Of a stretch of DNA of 64,000 bases, positions 1 to 10,487 are shown piece after piece. Both the position numbers and the translations under genes were made by a program. Positions within the stretch are counted from its first letter, which is position 1; every line of letters begins with the position of its first letter. The stretch spans positions 1 to 64,000 of the IMG/VR virus record IMGVR_UViG_3300008267_000013; one strand, written 5' to 3'. The notes beneath the pieces were generated by a model, which ran no database searches, was not told the origin of the DNA, and saw nothing but the letters and a program-made list of their open reading frames with translations. The DNA comes from a virus.

Positions 1-573
1 GGTTATGTTAACTTAAAGTTTGATGGACTACCACTACAACAAAAATCTGTAAAGTTGCATGTAACACAATTTTCTTATGAAATAAACAAAGAAATGGGAT
101 ATTTACAAATTCCTGAAAAAGAGCTAAAACATAATAAAAATCCAAAAAAATTTGTAGATGGTGAACCAAAATTAATACCAATTGCCTATAAGATAGACAT
201 AGAAGGTAAAATATTACAAACATTTGGTGAAACTGCAAAAGTGACAGGAAATTTTTATACGACTCCTAATATTACATTCAGAGATGTTATCGAATCTATA
301 TCAGACATAAGAGGTTCACGTGAGGATTATATACAAGATTTATATAAAATAATTAAAAATATAACAGGTAAAAATCCCGAACAATTCGCTCCTGCAATAC
401 TTAAATACTGTCTTTCTTATGCTAAACTTATGAAAGATTGGTATGTAGTGGATATAAATACAGGTCAATTTGCAGAAAAAAGTTACGATCCCGGGAGAGA
501 CAAACTCTCAGAAGAAGATAGATTATTCTACTATAATAGATGGCATGATTTGATTTTAAATAAAAGTCGGTAA
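1..573 (+). CDS. 5'-truncated hypothetical protein, probably tail/baseplate region
   Basis: Frame open from base 1 (GYVNLKFDG...) into ORF 55..573; lies directly upstream of a LysM/gp53-like gene. Confidence 0.45.
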   Translation, partial: GYVNLKFDGLPLQQKSVKLHVTQFSYEINKEMGYLQIPEKELKHNKNPKKFVDGEPKLIPIAYKIDIEGKILQTFGETAKVTGNFYTTPNITFRDVIESISDIRGSREDYIQDLYKIIKNITGKNPEQFAPAILKYCLSYAKLMKDWYVVDINTGQFAEKSYDPGRDKLSEEDRLFYYNRWHDLILNKSR

Positions 574-594
574 ATTTAATAACGGAATAAGCAT

Positions 595-939
595 ATGAAT
601 AGATATTATAACACACAAAAAATCATAAATAATACCGACAGGGATAAAGCCCTGATGGATAAAAAAAATATTAAAAACATATTACAATATTCTATATATG
701 ATTTTGGTACACTAGGAAGTGATAATAAATTAAATTTAGATATAACTTACCACACTTTCCAAAGAAACGATAAATTGTATAATATAGCGCAAAAATATTA
801 TAATGATGCAAGTTTGGGATGGCTTATCTGTTATACAAATAATATTTCTAATGAATTACAGATTTTAGAAGGTCAAATGTTATCTATTTACTTACCATTA
901 GAAAATTTATTGGAGTTATTAAATGGCATCTCTAGATGA
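595..939 (+). CDS. LysM/gp53-like baseplate wedge protein
   Basis: YHTFQRNDKLYNIAQKYYNDASLGWLICYTNNI...GQMLSIYLP matches the LysM/tail-X pattern. Confidence 0.7.
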   Translation: MNRYYNTQKIINNTDRDKALMDKKNIKNILQYSIYDFGTLGSDNKLNLDITYHTFQRNDKLYNIAQKYYNDASLGWLICYTNNISNELQILEGQMLSIYLPLENLLELLNGISR

Positions 940-3709
940 GGGTATAGTACAAAGATATCTATATGCGATATCAGACGTTATAGCTGATGATATTGCAAAT
1001 TTTCAAAAAGATGATTTAAAAAATATATTACAATTAACAACCGATACAGCTGCCAGCAGAAAACCTCCCAGTAATAATAAAATAAATTATCTAGAAGACG
1101 AAGAAGAAGTTAAATGTCTTTCTAACCAGGCAAAGATATTAACCGAAGGCTTTTTAACTGACCCAGAATTAGCGCATGTTATGTATGGAGATCGTAACAA
1201 AGATAGTATCGATAAATACGGTCCACTAGACACCAGATACATGATATCAAGTAATTTTGTTATTTTTTATGATGGTATTCCATATATTTTTAATATAGAT
1301 ACTGCGAACAGAACAAATGATAAAGTTTTTTTCTCAAGCGTAGTTATTAAAAATGAATCAAAAAGTATATTAACTCTAAAATCAAATTATAAAATATCTT
1401 TAAAAGTTAATTTTACGTATTTTGAAGATTTATTAGAAGAATCTATTACAGCAGTAAATATATATAACACATATTCTATAAAAATTGCTCCAATCTATAT
1501 TTTATATCAATATTACAACCAAAACACAAGCCAGTTTGGAAAAGGCTTATCGGATGGTAATGGTATTTATTTAAATCAAAAATTAATCTTTAAAGATGAT
1601 ACCATCCAAGGCGCATCTTTAAGAGAAAAATTAAAAACTACAACAATAAATAAAAATTATCATTTAACTTATTTTAAGCACCACTTTGATGTTTTTAAAA
1701 CAGAAGAGCCTGTAGGCAATTATTATGATAATGAATTGCTTATAGAATATGTTGCTTATGAAACTGATGGTGTGGCAAATAGTTTAAATACTAGCATTAG
1801 TGGAAACACTAACAACTTTGTTCCACTGACAAACGGTAATTTGTACAAATTAATAAATAAAAATAATATTTCCCTCAGTTCGGTAGGTGTGTATGGCAAT
1901 GAGCTTGAAACCCTAGAAAAGGCACAGGATTATATAAAACAAGCTCAAATTGATTTAGCTAATTTAAGCGAGCCTTGTGTTTTACCAAATTCAAAAACAG
2001 CACAAATATCAGCGGCAAATCAACAAAGAATAAATAACATAAATACAAACCTGCAGAAATTAAGAAAAAATGCTGATAAGGTATTGAAAGCAACTATAAT
2101 TGAAAAATGTAGGATTTTTTCTATAGAAATACCAAATAGTTATTGGCCTTACTATCAAGTTGGTAATTTTTGGGAAACATTTACACAATCTTTTTCATTA
2201 GGAGAACTTTTGCAATTTACACTGAGTGGTGCTGGAGTTGGAGCGACGTTTGGTGCTCTTCCTGGCGCTGCTATTGGTGCTGGCGTTGGTGCCGGTATAT
2301 ATCTTGGGGCTCACGTTATAAGAAGTATAATGTCAAAGAAAATTTTGACTAGAAATATAGCTATACCAACCATAAGAAAACAGCAATATACGGTAAAAGA
2401 TTATGGTTTTAAACAACTTGCAAATCAGAAAACTATTTCTTATAACAAGCAGTCACAATGGACTGAAACTAATAATAAAGATGCAGATATATTTATGCGA
2501 ATGTTAGAAAATTTAAATATTTTAGACGCACCTGAGCAGGTTGACATGGGGAGCCAAGAGTTGTATTTTACAACTCTTGGTCAATTACTAAATATCCTTT
2601 ATTCATTTCCCGATATTGCTCCTAATTTATCTACAATTGTTGGTGGATATTTTATAGATGCATCACTAACGGGCAATGGCATGCCTTCATATAATAATTT
2701 ATGTAATCTTCCAATTTCATTATCTTATTTGGGAAAATTTCTCACCGCAACAACATTCGATACGGGTAAAGTGCTACATTATGATACTGATACTTATTTT
2801 AATAATATTTTTCAAAATTTAATAAAAAAAGTAACAAGAGAAGGGGAAATGTTAATACCAAGTACTACATTATCTAGTCCAAAACACTTAAGGGCAGCTA
2901 TTGAAGTATCTAGCGGTGATATAAATCCAGCTGATTACCTAGGACACCGCAAATCAGATTTATTAGAAGATAATGATATAAATAATTTAATATTAGATAT
3001 GTTTACTAGAAGAAATAAAATTTTTGATAATAGTCAAAACCAAAACAAAAAAATAAGAAAAATATATAAAATAATTTCTATAGAGGAAATGCAATTTTAT
3101 GATTTCTACAATGAATTTACAAAAGAAATGGATAAAATTGGACAAGCGCATAAAAAGTTTTTGTATAACTCAATAGAATTCCAAGAGTTTATAAATAAAA
3201 AACATTACATGCCGTGTATTATGCTACATAGAATAGCTGATACTGAGAGTTTATTAAAAACAAAAAATGTTAAATTTAGTAGAATAGATAATGCAAATTT
3301 AGATACTGGCAATTGGTTAAATGATGGAGATAATAGAAGATTTCCTTATCAAGCCAGCATGGATTTAAAAGCTATGATGAGTTTTTTTATAGATTTAGGT
3401 TCCTATGTGTTTGTGTGCCCCCCGATGGCTAAAAGTACTTCTATGTCTGTTAAGAATTTATTTGGCTTTGGAGGCTTGTATATGATCGATCAAGCTACCT
3501 TTGAATACAACTTTCAAAGATTAGAAAATGGAAATATAACAATACCTAATTTTGATTCAAGATTATCCGTTAGAGGATATATGATAAGCCATGGCGATAG
3601 AGTGATACCAAAACCAAAGCCTGTTCAAGAAAAAGCACCTGTACCTTGCCCACCGCCTCCAATACAACCGTGGGAAATCCAATATCTTTTTATTAGCCCC
3701 CCCTCTTGA
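923..3709 (+). CDS. Large virion protein, possibly baseplate hub-like
   Basis: 928 aa, follows the LysM baseplate gene; C-terminal GFGGLYMIDQATFEY segment; internal glycine zipper. Confidence 0.4.
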   Translation: MASLDEGIVQRYLYAISDVIADDIANFQKDDLKNILQLTTDTAASRKPPSNNKINYLEDEEEVKCLSNQAKILTEGFLTDPELAHVMYGDRNKDSIDKYGPLDTRYMISSNFVIFYDGIPYIFNIDTANRTNDKVFFSSVVIKNESKSILTLKSNYKISLKVNFTYFEDLLEESITAVNIYNTYSIKIAPIYILYQYYNQNTSQFGKGLSDGNGIYLNQKLIFKDDTIQGASLREKLKTTTINKNYHLTYFKHHFDVFKTEEPVGNYYDNELLIEYVAYETDGVANSLNTSISGNTNNFVPLTNGNLYKLINKNNISLSSVGVYGNELETLEKAQDYIKQAQIDLANLSEPCVLPNSKTAQISAANQQRINNINTNLQKLRKNADKVLKATIIEKCRIFSIEIPNSYWPYYQVGNFWETFTQSFSLGELLQFTLSGAGVGATFGALPGAAIGAGVGAGIYLGAHVIRSIMSKKILTRNIAIPTIRKQQYTVKDYGFKQLANQKTISYNKQSQWTETNNKDADIFMRMLENLNILDAPEQVDMGSQELYFTTLGQLLNILYSFPDIAPNLSTIVGGYFIDASLTGNGMPSYNNLCNLPISLSYLGKFLTATTFDTGKVLHYDTDTYFNNIFQNLIKKVTREGEMLIPSTTLSSPKHLRAAIEVSSGDINPADYLGHRKSDLLEDNDINNLILDMFTRRNKIFDNSQNQNKKIRKIYKIISIEEMQFYDFYNEFTKEMDKIGQAHKKFLYNSIEFQEFINKKHYMPCIMLHRIADTESLLKTKNVKFSRIDNANLDTGNWLNDGDNRRFPYQASMDLKAMMSFFIDLGSYVFVCPPMAKSTSMSVKNLFGFGGLYMIDQATFEYNFQRLENGNITIPNFDSRLSVRGYMISHGDRVIPKPKPVQEKAPVPCPPPPIQPWEIQYLFISPPS

Positions 3710-3768
3710 TCTGCTTAGAACAATAGGTTTACAGTAAGTTAGATAAACAACCGGTTTAATATAATAAT

Positions 3769-5025
3769 ATGAAAACTATAATACCTAATAATTTATTTGA
3801 TGATTCTACAACAATTGGAAAATATGATTTAATGTCGTTTTACGATAATTACGTCTTACAAAAACAATATTATCCATATCAATTTAATGGCTGGGATGAT
3901 AAAAAATTTTATGGTATACTTGATCTAAATAAAACTCCAATTTATCCTAAGCAATCAGGATTATCGAATTATTTTAATAACGATGGAATGACACAAACAA
4001 ATATTAAATTTGTTGTTGATGCTTTTAAAGATATGAAAGCCTTTCAAGAAAGATTATTAAAAAAAGGAAGATCCGCGAACTCTTCAATATATTCTGTATT
4101 AAATGTTAAAGAGTCTACAATAGATTTTTCTTCTAAATACCACACCTTTTTAGGTAAAATATATAATATATTTATTAATGATTATATGACCGATATCATA
4201 AGGCAAGATACAAAAAATATATTTGATTTTTTTAAACATTTTATAATATTTGCCAAAATAATGTGTAAAATTACTGTACTCAACCGAAGTGCTTTTTTAA
4301 AAAGTAAACATACGCCACAATCAGTAAATGGCCTAAGAATTTCTCTAGAAAATCCAGATCCCAATACAAGCGTATTTATAAAAGGAAATAACTTTATAGG
4401 TAATCCCGAATTCGACTTATTTATAGAAACTGCATCAAAATTTGGATTTCTTATAGATAAGAATTATCCATGGGTTTTAGTAGCAGATATAGAATCCGTA
4501 TCTATGAAAAAATATATAAGAAAATATAATATAACTGATACCGAAAATTTGTTTGACACATTCTATCATAAAGCATATACTGCTGATCTTGAATCTTTAA
4601 AACATGTACTTATAGGTTTTTGGAATGGTTATGCGGCTAGTTTTGCTTCAACTGCTATATTAAAAGAGAACTTAGATTGTAAAAAATATTTTTATGAGCC
4701 CAATCATGCTAAACAGATAGACTCAAACATGTTTGATGTTATACTTGGCGCTAATTGGTTAATAAGAATGTATGCTCTAATAAGAGTTTTAGAAGAAAAA
4801 CTAAATATTACACAAAACCAATTTGAAATAATATTTCAAGAAGCCTGTAAAATAAATAAAATATCAACTGAAGAAAAAGCACTATTATACATTAATAAAA
4901 AATTACTAGAATATAGTGTTTCCGAGCAAGCAATTATAAGTGATAATTTGACAAACCCAGACATCATTGTTAGACTTATGAAGGAACAGTCTGCTACGGT
5001 TATCAATGAAACTATAAATTTTTAG
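3769..5025 (+). CDS. Hypothetical protein
   Basis: 418 aa ORF, no recognised motif. Confidence 0.6.
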   Translation: MKTIIPNNLFDDSTTIGKYDLMSFYDNYVLQKQYYPYQFNGWDDKKFYGILDLNKTPIYPKQSGLSNYFNNDGMTQTNIKFVVDAFKDMKAFQERLLKKGRSANSSIYSVLNVKESTIDFSSKYHTFLGKIYNIFINDYMTDIIRQDTKNIFDFFKHFIIFAKIMCKITVLNRSAFLKSKHTPQSVNGLRISLENPDPNTSVFIKGNNFIGNPEFDLFIETASKFGFLIDKNYPWVLVADIESVSMKKYIRKYNITDTENLFDTFYHKAYTADLESLKHVLIGFWNGYAASFASTAILKENLDCKKYFYEPNHAKQIDSNMFDVILGANWLIRMYALIRVLEEKLNITQNQFEIIFQEACKINKISTEEKALLYINKKLLEYSVSEQAIISDNLTNPDIIVRLMKEQSATVINETINF

Positions 5026-5032
5026 AGGTCAT

Positions 5033-6241
5033 ATGTTTCAAACACTCGATGAAAAAGGTTCTTGTGTTGGCGTCTATTGCAATGGTGAATTAAGATTTAA
5101 AAATTATAAAGATACCATTTTTGATAAAACATGGAATTACGTACCTTTTTTAGAAGACATGGACATACAGTACGGTAATATTTACAGTGGTGGAAAATCA
5201 CTTGAAGAATGTTGCCCTGATAATTTAAAATTACAATGGCTACAAATTAATAAAAAACTTAAAGCTTTCGTTACATCTTTTGTTGAGTCAAAAGTAGAAC
5301 TAAGCGAGAATTGTTTTTTTGATCTAACCCCCGAAAGATTTTTAAAAGAATATTGTGAATTAAAAAACAGGATAACAGAGCATGTTTTCGAGACCCATTC
5401 TAAACCAGAAGAATATGAATTCTTTAAAGACTTTACTCAACTTATCAACCGCATTAGCCGTAGGAACCTTAGGATTGACAAAGATAGGATTGCAGATCGC
5501 TTATGGAGCATGGAAGGTAAGAAATTGTGGGAAAAGGTAAACAGCGGTCACACTTCAATAAAATTTAATTTATTCGGGTCTGTTACTGGTCGCTTGACAA
5601 TGACAGACAGAAGTTTCCCTATCCAGACGCTTAGTAAGAACCTGAGGGATATTATAAAGCCACAAAACGATTGGCTTGTGGAGATCGATCTAAACGCAGC
5701 TGAAATGCGTATTGCTCTTGCTCTAGCTGGCCAAAAACAACCTGAAGGTGACTTACACGAACAATGTGCCAAAGAAGTATTTAGAGGAGAAGTAACAAGA
5801 GCAGAAGCTAAAAATATAGCAACTAAATGGCTCTATAATTCCTCATCAACAGATGTTAAAAAATATAATTTAGAATTATCAAATTATTACAACAAAGAAA
5901 AACTATTATCTGAATACTGGAGAGATGGATACATCTACACACCTTATTCCAGAAAGATAGACTCTGACTATCATCATGCGATCTCATATCTAAACCAAAG
6001 CACTCTTATTGATATGTGGCACAGACAAATACTAAAGGTTGATAAATTGTTAAAAAATATGGATAGTTTTGTAGCGTTTCCTGTTCACGATTCTGTGGTA
6101 ATAGATCTAAAGGATTCTGAAAAGAAATTACTACCAGACCTAATTAGACAAATATCTGATACGCCATATGGTACGTTCCCGGTACGAGTAAAGATTGGTT
6201 CAGATTACGGAAATATGAAGAAAGTTAATATTAAGGTATAA
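5033..6241 (+). CDS. Short family A DNA polymerase-like protein
   Basis: VTGRLT, motif A (EIDLNAAEMRIAL), DLH, motif B (RAEAKNI...LY), motif C (VHDS); no recognisable exonuclease domain. Confidence 0.75.
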   Translation: MFQTLDEKGSCVGVYCNGELRFKNYKDTIFDKTWNYVPFLEDMDIQYGNIYSGGKSLEECCPDNLKLQWLQINKKLKAFVTSFVESKVELSENCFFDLTPERFLKEYCELKNRITEHVFETHSKPEEYEFFKDFTQLINRISRRNLRIDKDRIADRLWSMEGKKLWEKVNSGHTSIKFNLFGSVTGRLTMTDRSFPIQTLSKNLRDIIKPQNDWLVEIDLNAAEMRIALALAGQKQPEGDLHEQCAKEVFRGEVTRAEAKNIATKWLYNSSSTDVKKYNLELSNYYNKEKLLSEYWRDGYIYTPYSRKIDSDYHHAISYLNQSTLIDMWHRQILKVDKLLKNMDSFVAFPVHDSVVIDLKDSEKKLLPDLIRQISDTPYGTFPVRVKIGSDYGNMKKVNIKV

Positions 6242-6242
6242 G

Positions 6243-7064
6243 ATGGATACTGTTATAGGTTTAGGAGCTGCAGGATGTAATATAGCTGACTGTTTTAAAA
6301 AGTATCCCCAATATACCATCTACAAAATAGACACAGACCTGGAAGAAGATGAAAATAATTACACAACTAAAGAACATAATACCCCAGAAGATTATGAAAA
6401 ATATTCACCTGATCTTTCAAACTTCTTACAACATATTAATGGTGATGTTTTATTTGTTGTTGCTGGTGGTGGGTTCATTTCAGGCATGTCGCTACAGGTA
6501 TTAAAACATATTAAACACTGCAATATAAATGTTTTATATATAAAACCTAACGATAATGATCTAAGCAGAGTGGGATTTCTACAAGAAAAACTAACAAGAA
6601 ACGTATTTCAAGAGTATGCTAGATCTGGTCTATTTAATATGCTGTATATTATTTCAAACGAGGATCTAGAAAACGTATTAGGCGAAGTGCCGATTTTAGA
6701 GTATAATAATAAGTTAAATGAATATCTTGCTGGAATGATACATTGGATAAATGTTTTTAAGAACACCGACCCAGTGCTTGACAACTTTTCAGAGCCAAGG
6801 CATAATTCTCGTATCGCAACTTTCGGAGTCCTTGATATCATTAAAGGTGAAGAAAGTTTGTTGTACGAACTTGACAATCTAACAGACAAGTGCTACTATT
6901 TTGCCATCAACGAAACATCATTAAAAACTGATGGCAAACTTCTTAGAAATATTAGAGAATTAACTTCCATAAACGAAATACGTGCTTCTTATGAGGTACA
7001 CTCAACAAAATATCCACAATCTTTTTGCTACTTTATAGCTTATACAAACGTATCGGGTAACTAA
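6243..7064 (+). CDS. Tubulin/FtsZ-family (PhuZ/TubZ-like) protein
   Basis: VIGLGAAGCNIA T1 loop, IDTD, and AGGGFISG resembling the GGGTGSG signature. Confidence 0.7.
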   Translation: MDTVIGLGAAGCNIADCFKKYPQYTIYKIDTDLEEDENNYTTKEHNTPEDYEKYSPDLSNFLQHINGDVLFVVAGGGFISGMSLQVLKHIKHCNINVLYIKPNDNDLSRVGFLQEKLTRNVFQEYARSGLFNMLYIISNEDLENVLGEVPILEYNNKLNEYLAGMIHWINVFKNTDPVLDNFSEPRHNSRIATFGVLDIIKGEESLLYELDNLTDKCYYFAINETSLKTDGKLLRNIRELTSINEIRASYEVHSTKYPQSFCYFIAYTNVSGN

Positions 7065-7067
7065 AAC

Positions 7068-7310
7068 ATGATTGCATACAAAGGGACATTTAAAAAGAAA
7101 AACGGTAGTGAGCGTACAATGCGTTTTGTGCGTATCCCAGACCTACCAGCAGAGTTTATTGCAGCAAAAATTAAAGGCGGTAATAAAAGTCACATCTTAT
7201 CCGAAGGGATGGAACTAGTATGGGACATTGACGAAAGTGATTTTAGAATTTTTAACCGCAAGAATGTAGTTGACAAGATCGAAGAGTTCGAATATACTTT
7301 TAACCAGTAG
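7068..7310 (+). CDS. Small conserved phage protein (SH3-like beta barrel)
   Basis: TFKKKNGSERTM...VWDIDESDFRIFN pattern. Confidence 0.5.
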   Translation: MIAYKGTFKKKNGSERTMRFVRIPDLPAEFIAAKIKGGNKSHILSEGMELVWDIDESDFRIFNRKNVVDKIEEFEYTFNQ

Positions 7311-7350
7311 GTTGGGAGATTTACCAACCTACCAACGAGGAGAAACACAC

Positions 7351-8118
7351 ATGGCGATTGACATTAGCAAGATGAAGGCGAAGCTAGCGGCTCTACAAGG
7401 CAAGGGTGGTGGCAAGACTGCGTTTTGGCGACCAGAAGAAGGTACTACGTATTCTGTACGTATTGTAAACACGCCAGATGGCGATCCATTCAAGGAAGCA
7501 TGGTTCCACTACGAAATTGGCAAGGGCTCACTACTTTGTCCAAAAAAGAATCATGGTAAGGATTGTGCTATCTGCAACTTTGCTAGCAAGCTGTTCAAAG
7601 AGAACACAGAACAAAGCAATGCGATGGCTAAAAAGTTTCTACCACGCCAACGCTTCTTCTCACCAGTAGTTGTACGTGGCGAAGAGAAAGAGGGCGTTAA
7701 GATCTGGGGTTATGGTAAGACTGTTTACCAGGATCTAATTAACCTAGTTCTAAATCCAGACTACGGAGATATTACTGATCCAGACAATGGTACAGATCTA
7801 TCACTAAAGTCTGACAAGGTGCCGGGTGCTTCATTCCCAACCACCAAGCTAACCCCAGCTCGTAAAACCAGCAAACTCTGCAATGGATCTACACAGGAAT
7901 GCAGCGAACTTCTATCTACAATTCCAAATTTCGATGAAATCCATGAAGTTAAATCATCAGAAGAGATTGCACGTATTCTAGACGAGCATCTTGCTACAGA
8001 TTCAGATACAGAAGCTGAATCTGACTCAAAGCAAACCACTAAATATGGTGGCGCTACGCCAGCTAAGAAGAAAGCAACAAATGATATTGATGCCGCGTTT
8101 TCAGATCTTCTTGGTTAA
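7351..8118 (+). CDS. Single-stranded DNA-binding protein (T4 gp32-like)
   Basis: GAGGAG RBS before ATG 7351; FWRP, H..C-x8-CAIC Zn site, DITDPDNGTD, acidic tail DIDAAFSDLLG. Confidence 0.85.
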   Translation: MAIDISKMKAKLAALQGKGGGKTAFWRPEEGTTYSVRIVNTPDGDPFKEAWFHYEIGKGSLLCPKKNHGKDCAICNFASKLFKENTEQSNAMAKKFLPRQRFFSPVVVRGEEKEGVKIWGYGKTVYQDLINLVLNPDYGDITDPDNGTDLSLKSDKVPGASFPTTKLTPARKTSKLCNGSTQECSELLSTIPNFDEIHEVKSSEEIARILDEHLATDSDTEAESDSKQTTKYGGATPAKKKATNDIDAAFSDLLG

Positions 8119-8139
8119 TAGTAGTACATAATATGGTAT

Positions 8140-8181
8140 ACTGGGAAGGTAGGAGAAAACTCTTATCTTCCCAGTTTTTTT
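8140..8181 (+). terminator. Intrinsic terminator after SSB
   Basis: ACTGGGAAG...CTTCCCAGT stem followed by a T run. Confidence 0.7.
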
Positions 8182-8194
8182 ATGGAGAATATAC

Positions 8195-9136
8195 ATGGCT
8201 AAAGGTTTTGATCTAGAAAATTATAAAAAAAGTATTGAAGTAAATAATGTTGAAAAAAAGAAAGATAAATTTGTTATTCTTGACGAATGCATTCAAGAAG
8301 TTGTTGGTATTCCCGGTATTCCGCTTGGACATGTCACCATGGTATATGGCAAGTCAGATACTGGCAAAACATCGCTTCTATTCCACGCGGCTGCAAAAGC
8401 TCAACAACAGGGCGTCCTTCCAATTTTTATCATGACAGAGGGTAAGGTAGATTGGACACGCGCCGAGAAGATGGGCGTTAACATGGACCAAGCTATCAAA
8501 AATGAAGAATGTATGTACCTTGAAGAGGCATTTACTTTTATTGATAAAATTGTTAGCGATGTTACAATGGGTGAACTACCACACGACGTATTAATCCTGT
8601 GGGATTCAGTCGGAAGCCTACCATCTAAGGATGAAGTTAAAGACAATGAAGATGGTACAACTGAAAAGAAAGCTAGCATGATGCGTGCAGCAAAAGCAAT
8701 TCGTGAAAACATGCGAATTGTGCAGCGTAAAATTAATGCTACACGTAACTATAGCTATCCTAAATACGTTGGTCTTATGATTTTAAACCAAGCCTATATT
8801 CAGCCACCATCTTTTGTTGGCGGTATGTCAAAACTTGTCCCATACGGCGGAGATGCAATTTGGTATGCAGCAAGTGCTGTATGGAAAATGGCGGGCAAAG
8901 GCAAGCTATCGGCCACAAAAGATGGCAAAGACTTTGATTTCGGATTGATATCAAAAATTAGTGTTGAAAAAAATCATATTAGTGATTTAGCCATGGCAGG
9001 TGATTTCGTAGTCACACCAGATGCTTTCCTACCAAATGAAAAAGGTGCTATTAAGAAATACAAGGATGATCACCGTGACCAATGGGGGAGTGCTACCATT
9101 ATGTCAGCCGAGACAGGTGAAATTTTAGACGAATAG
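8195..9136 (+). CDS. recA: RecA/UvsX-like recombinase
   Basis: GIPLGHVTMVYGKSDTGKT Walker A, ILWDSVG Walker B, LNQ, PYGGDAIWYAAS. Confidence 0.85.
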   Translation: MAKGFDLENYKKSIEVNNVEKKKDKFVILDECIQEVVGIPGIPLGHVTMVYGKSDTGKTSLLFHAAAKAQQQGVLPIFIMTEGKVDWTRAEKMGVNMDQAIKNEECMYLEEAFTFIDKIVSDVTMGELPHDVLILWDSVGSLPSKDEVKDNEDGTTEKKASMMRAAKAIRENMRIVQRKINATRNYSYPKYVGLMILNQAYIQPPSFVGGMSKLVPYGGDAIWYAASAVWKMAGKGKLSATKDGKDFDFGLISKISVEKNHISDLAMAGDFVVTPDAFLPNEKGAIKKYKDDHRDQWGSATIMSAETGEILDE

Positions 9137-9143
9137 ATTCCAC

Positions 9144-9194
9144 TTGACAAGTAAAAGCCGCTGTTGTAGACTAACCTCTGCAATGGCGGTTTTT
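9144..9194 (+). promoter_or_regulatory. Sigma70-type promoter overlapping a long hairpin/terminator
   Basis: TTGACA-17-TAGACT; AAAGCCGCTGTTGTAGA/TCTGCAATGGCGGTTTT inverted repeat. Confidence 0.6.
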
Positions 9195-9212
9195 CCTATA
9201 AGGGGACTATAT

Positions 9213-10142
9213 ATGAGTCTAGGCTTGATGTGCCAGTATCTAGAGGTTCGTAAGAAGCGAAATGGCGAAGAAGTCTATGAAAATTCTATAAACGAACAAT
9301 CGTTGCAATTAGGAGCATACAAAAATGGAAAATACACTACAGAAAGAATTCTTAACACATATAGAAACAATGTCGAAGAACACTTGCGAGTACTTCCTAA
9401 GCTCGTTGAAGGACGTATCAAGTCTTTCAGACTGTCAAGCTCTCTTTTCCCACTTTTTGAATTCAGTGGTGAGCTTGCAAAACGAGACAACCAGATTCTC
9501 AGAAGCCTTGAACTACTTGGAGAAGGTTTCAAGCGAAACGGAATCAGGGTAACTACACATCCAGGCCAGTTTACTGTCCTAAGCAGCGACAGTGATAAGG
9601 TTGTTGAGAACAGTATCAAGGAGCTTGAATATCATGCATGGGTGTTTGACCAGATGGGTCTAGAAAAAACACCTTTTTATGCAATAAATATTCATGGTGG
9701 TAAGTCTAATAGATCTGAGCGACTAATTAATGTAATCCAATCTCTTCCAACGTCTGTAAGAAACAGACTTACTCTGGAAAACGATGAAAAATGTTACAAT
9801 GTTAAACAGCTCTCTCGTATTAGTAGCGTTTGCAATATTCCTATTGTTCTCGATTCTCATCACTATAGGTTTAATAGTGGCGATATTGATTTCAACTCTG
9901 CGTTTGCTCTTTGCAATAGTAGTTGGAACGGTATCAAACCTCTACAACATCTATCAAACACTGAGATCGGCATGGAGAATGCGCCGTTCAATCAAAAGCG
10001 TGCGCATTCACAGCTGATCCACAGCGTTCCTGATTTGCAATTGAATGCAATTAGAGAAAATACTATTGACCTTGACATCGAAGCCAAGGCGAAGAATATT
10101 GCTGTTTTCAAAATGCGAAAGGATTTCAATATTGAATCATAA
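9213..10142 (+). CDS. uvsE: UV damage endonuclease
   Basis: FRLSSSLFP, THPGQFTVLSS, NIHGG, LTLENDE, VLDSHH, QHLS, AHS, DIEAKAKN. Confidence 0.92.
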   Translation: MSLGLMCQYLEVRKKRNGEEVYENSINEQSLQLGAYKNGKYTTERILNTYRNNVEEHLRVLPKLVEGRIKSFRLSSSLFPLFEFSGELAKRDNQILRSLELLGEGFKRNGIRVTTHPGQFTVLSSDSDKVVENSIKELEYHAWVFDQMGLEKTPFYAINIHGGKSNRSERLINVIQSLPTSVRNRLTLENDEKCYNVKQLSRISSVCNIPIVLDSHHYRFNSGDIDFNSAFALCNSSWNGIKPLQHLSNTEIGMENAPFNQKRAHSQLIHSVPDLQLNAIRENTIDLDIEAKAKNIAVFKMRKDFNIES

Positions 10143-10476
10143 AATGGTAATAGTTATGCGTAGATTTCCAAGTATACGTAACGGAAAATATATTGCTCAA
10201 GCATGTCACGCAGCGTTAGGTGCAGCCGACCTGTCTTCAAAAGAGGATATTAGAGAATGGGCAAAAAACGGTAATACAAAAATAGTTGTTTATGTTGAAA
10301 ATGATCAATCTCTTTATGATTTAAAAGAAGCTTGCCGAAATGCTGGCCTTGTATCATATCTTGTGATAGATGCTGGCCGTACAGAATTTAACGGTCCAAC
10401 AGTAACAGCACTTGGTATAGGTCCACACGATTCTAGTATTTTAGATCCCATAACTAAACACTTACCACTTTTTTAG
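10132..10476 (+). CDS. pth2: Peptidyl-tRNA hydrolase, Pth2 type
   Basis: KMVIVMR, GKYIAQACHA, KIVV, DAGRTE, TALGIGP; start TTG 10132 or ATG 10144. Confidence 0.9.
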   Translation: MNHKMVIVMRRFPSIRNGKYIAQACHAALGAADLSSKEDIREWAKNGNTKIVVYVENDQSLYDLKEACRNAGLVSYLVIDAGRTEFNGPTVTALGIGPHDSSILDPITKHLPLF

Positions 10477-10487
10477 AAAGGATTTCA

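Noticed and set aside
7270-9212. ORF-track starts at 7270 and 9144 (also 43081, 45397, 54307, 56431, 56692)
   Set aside because: These extensions run through promoters or terminators; downstream ATGs fit RBS or leaderless spacing better
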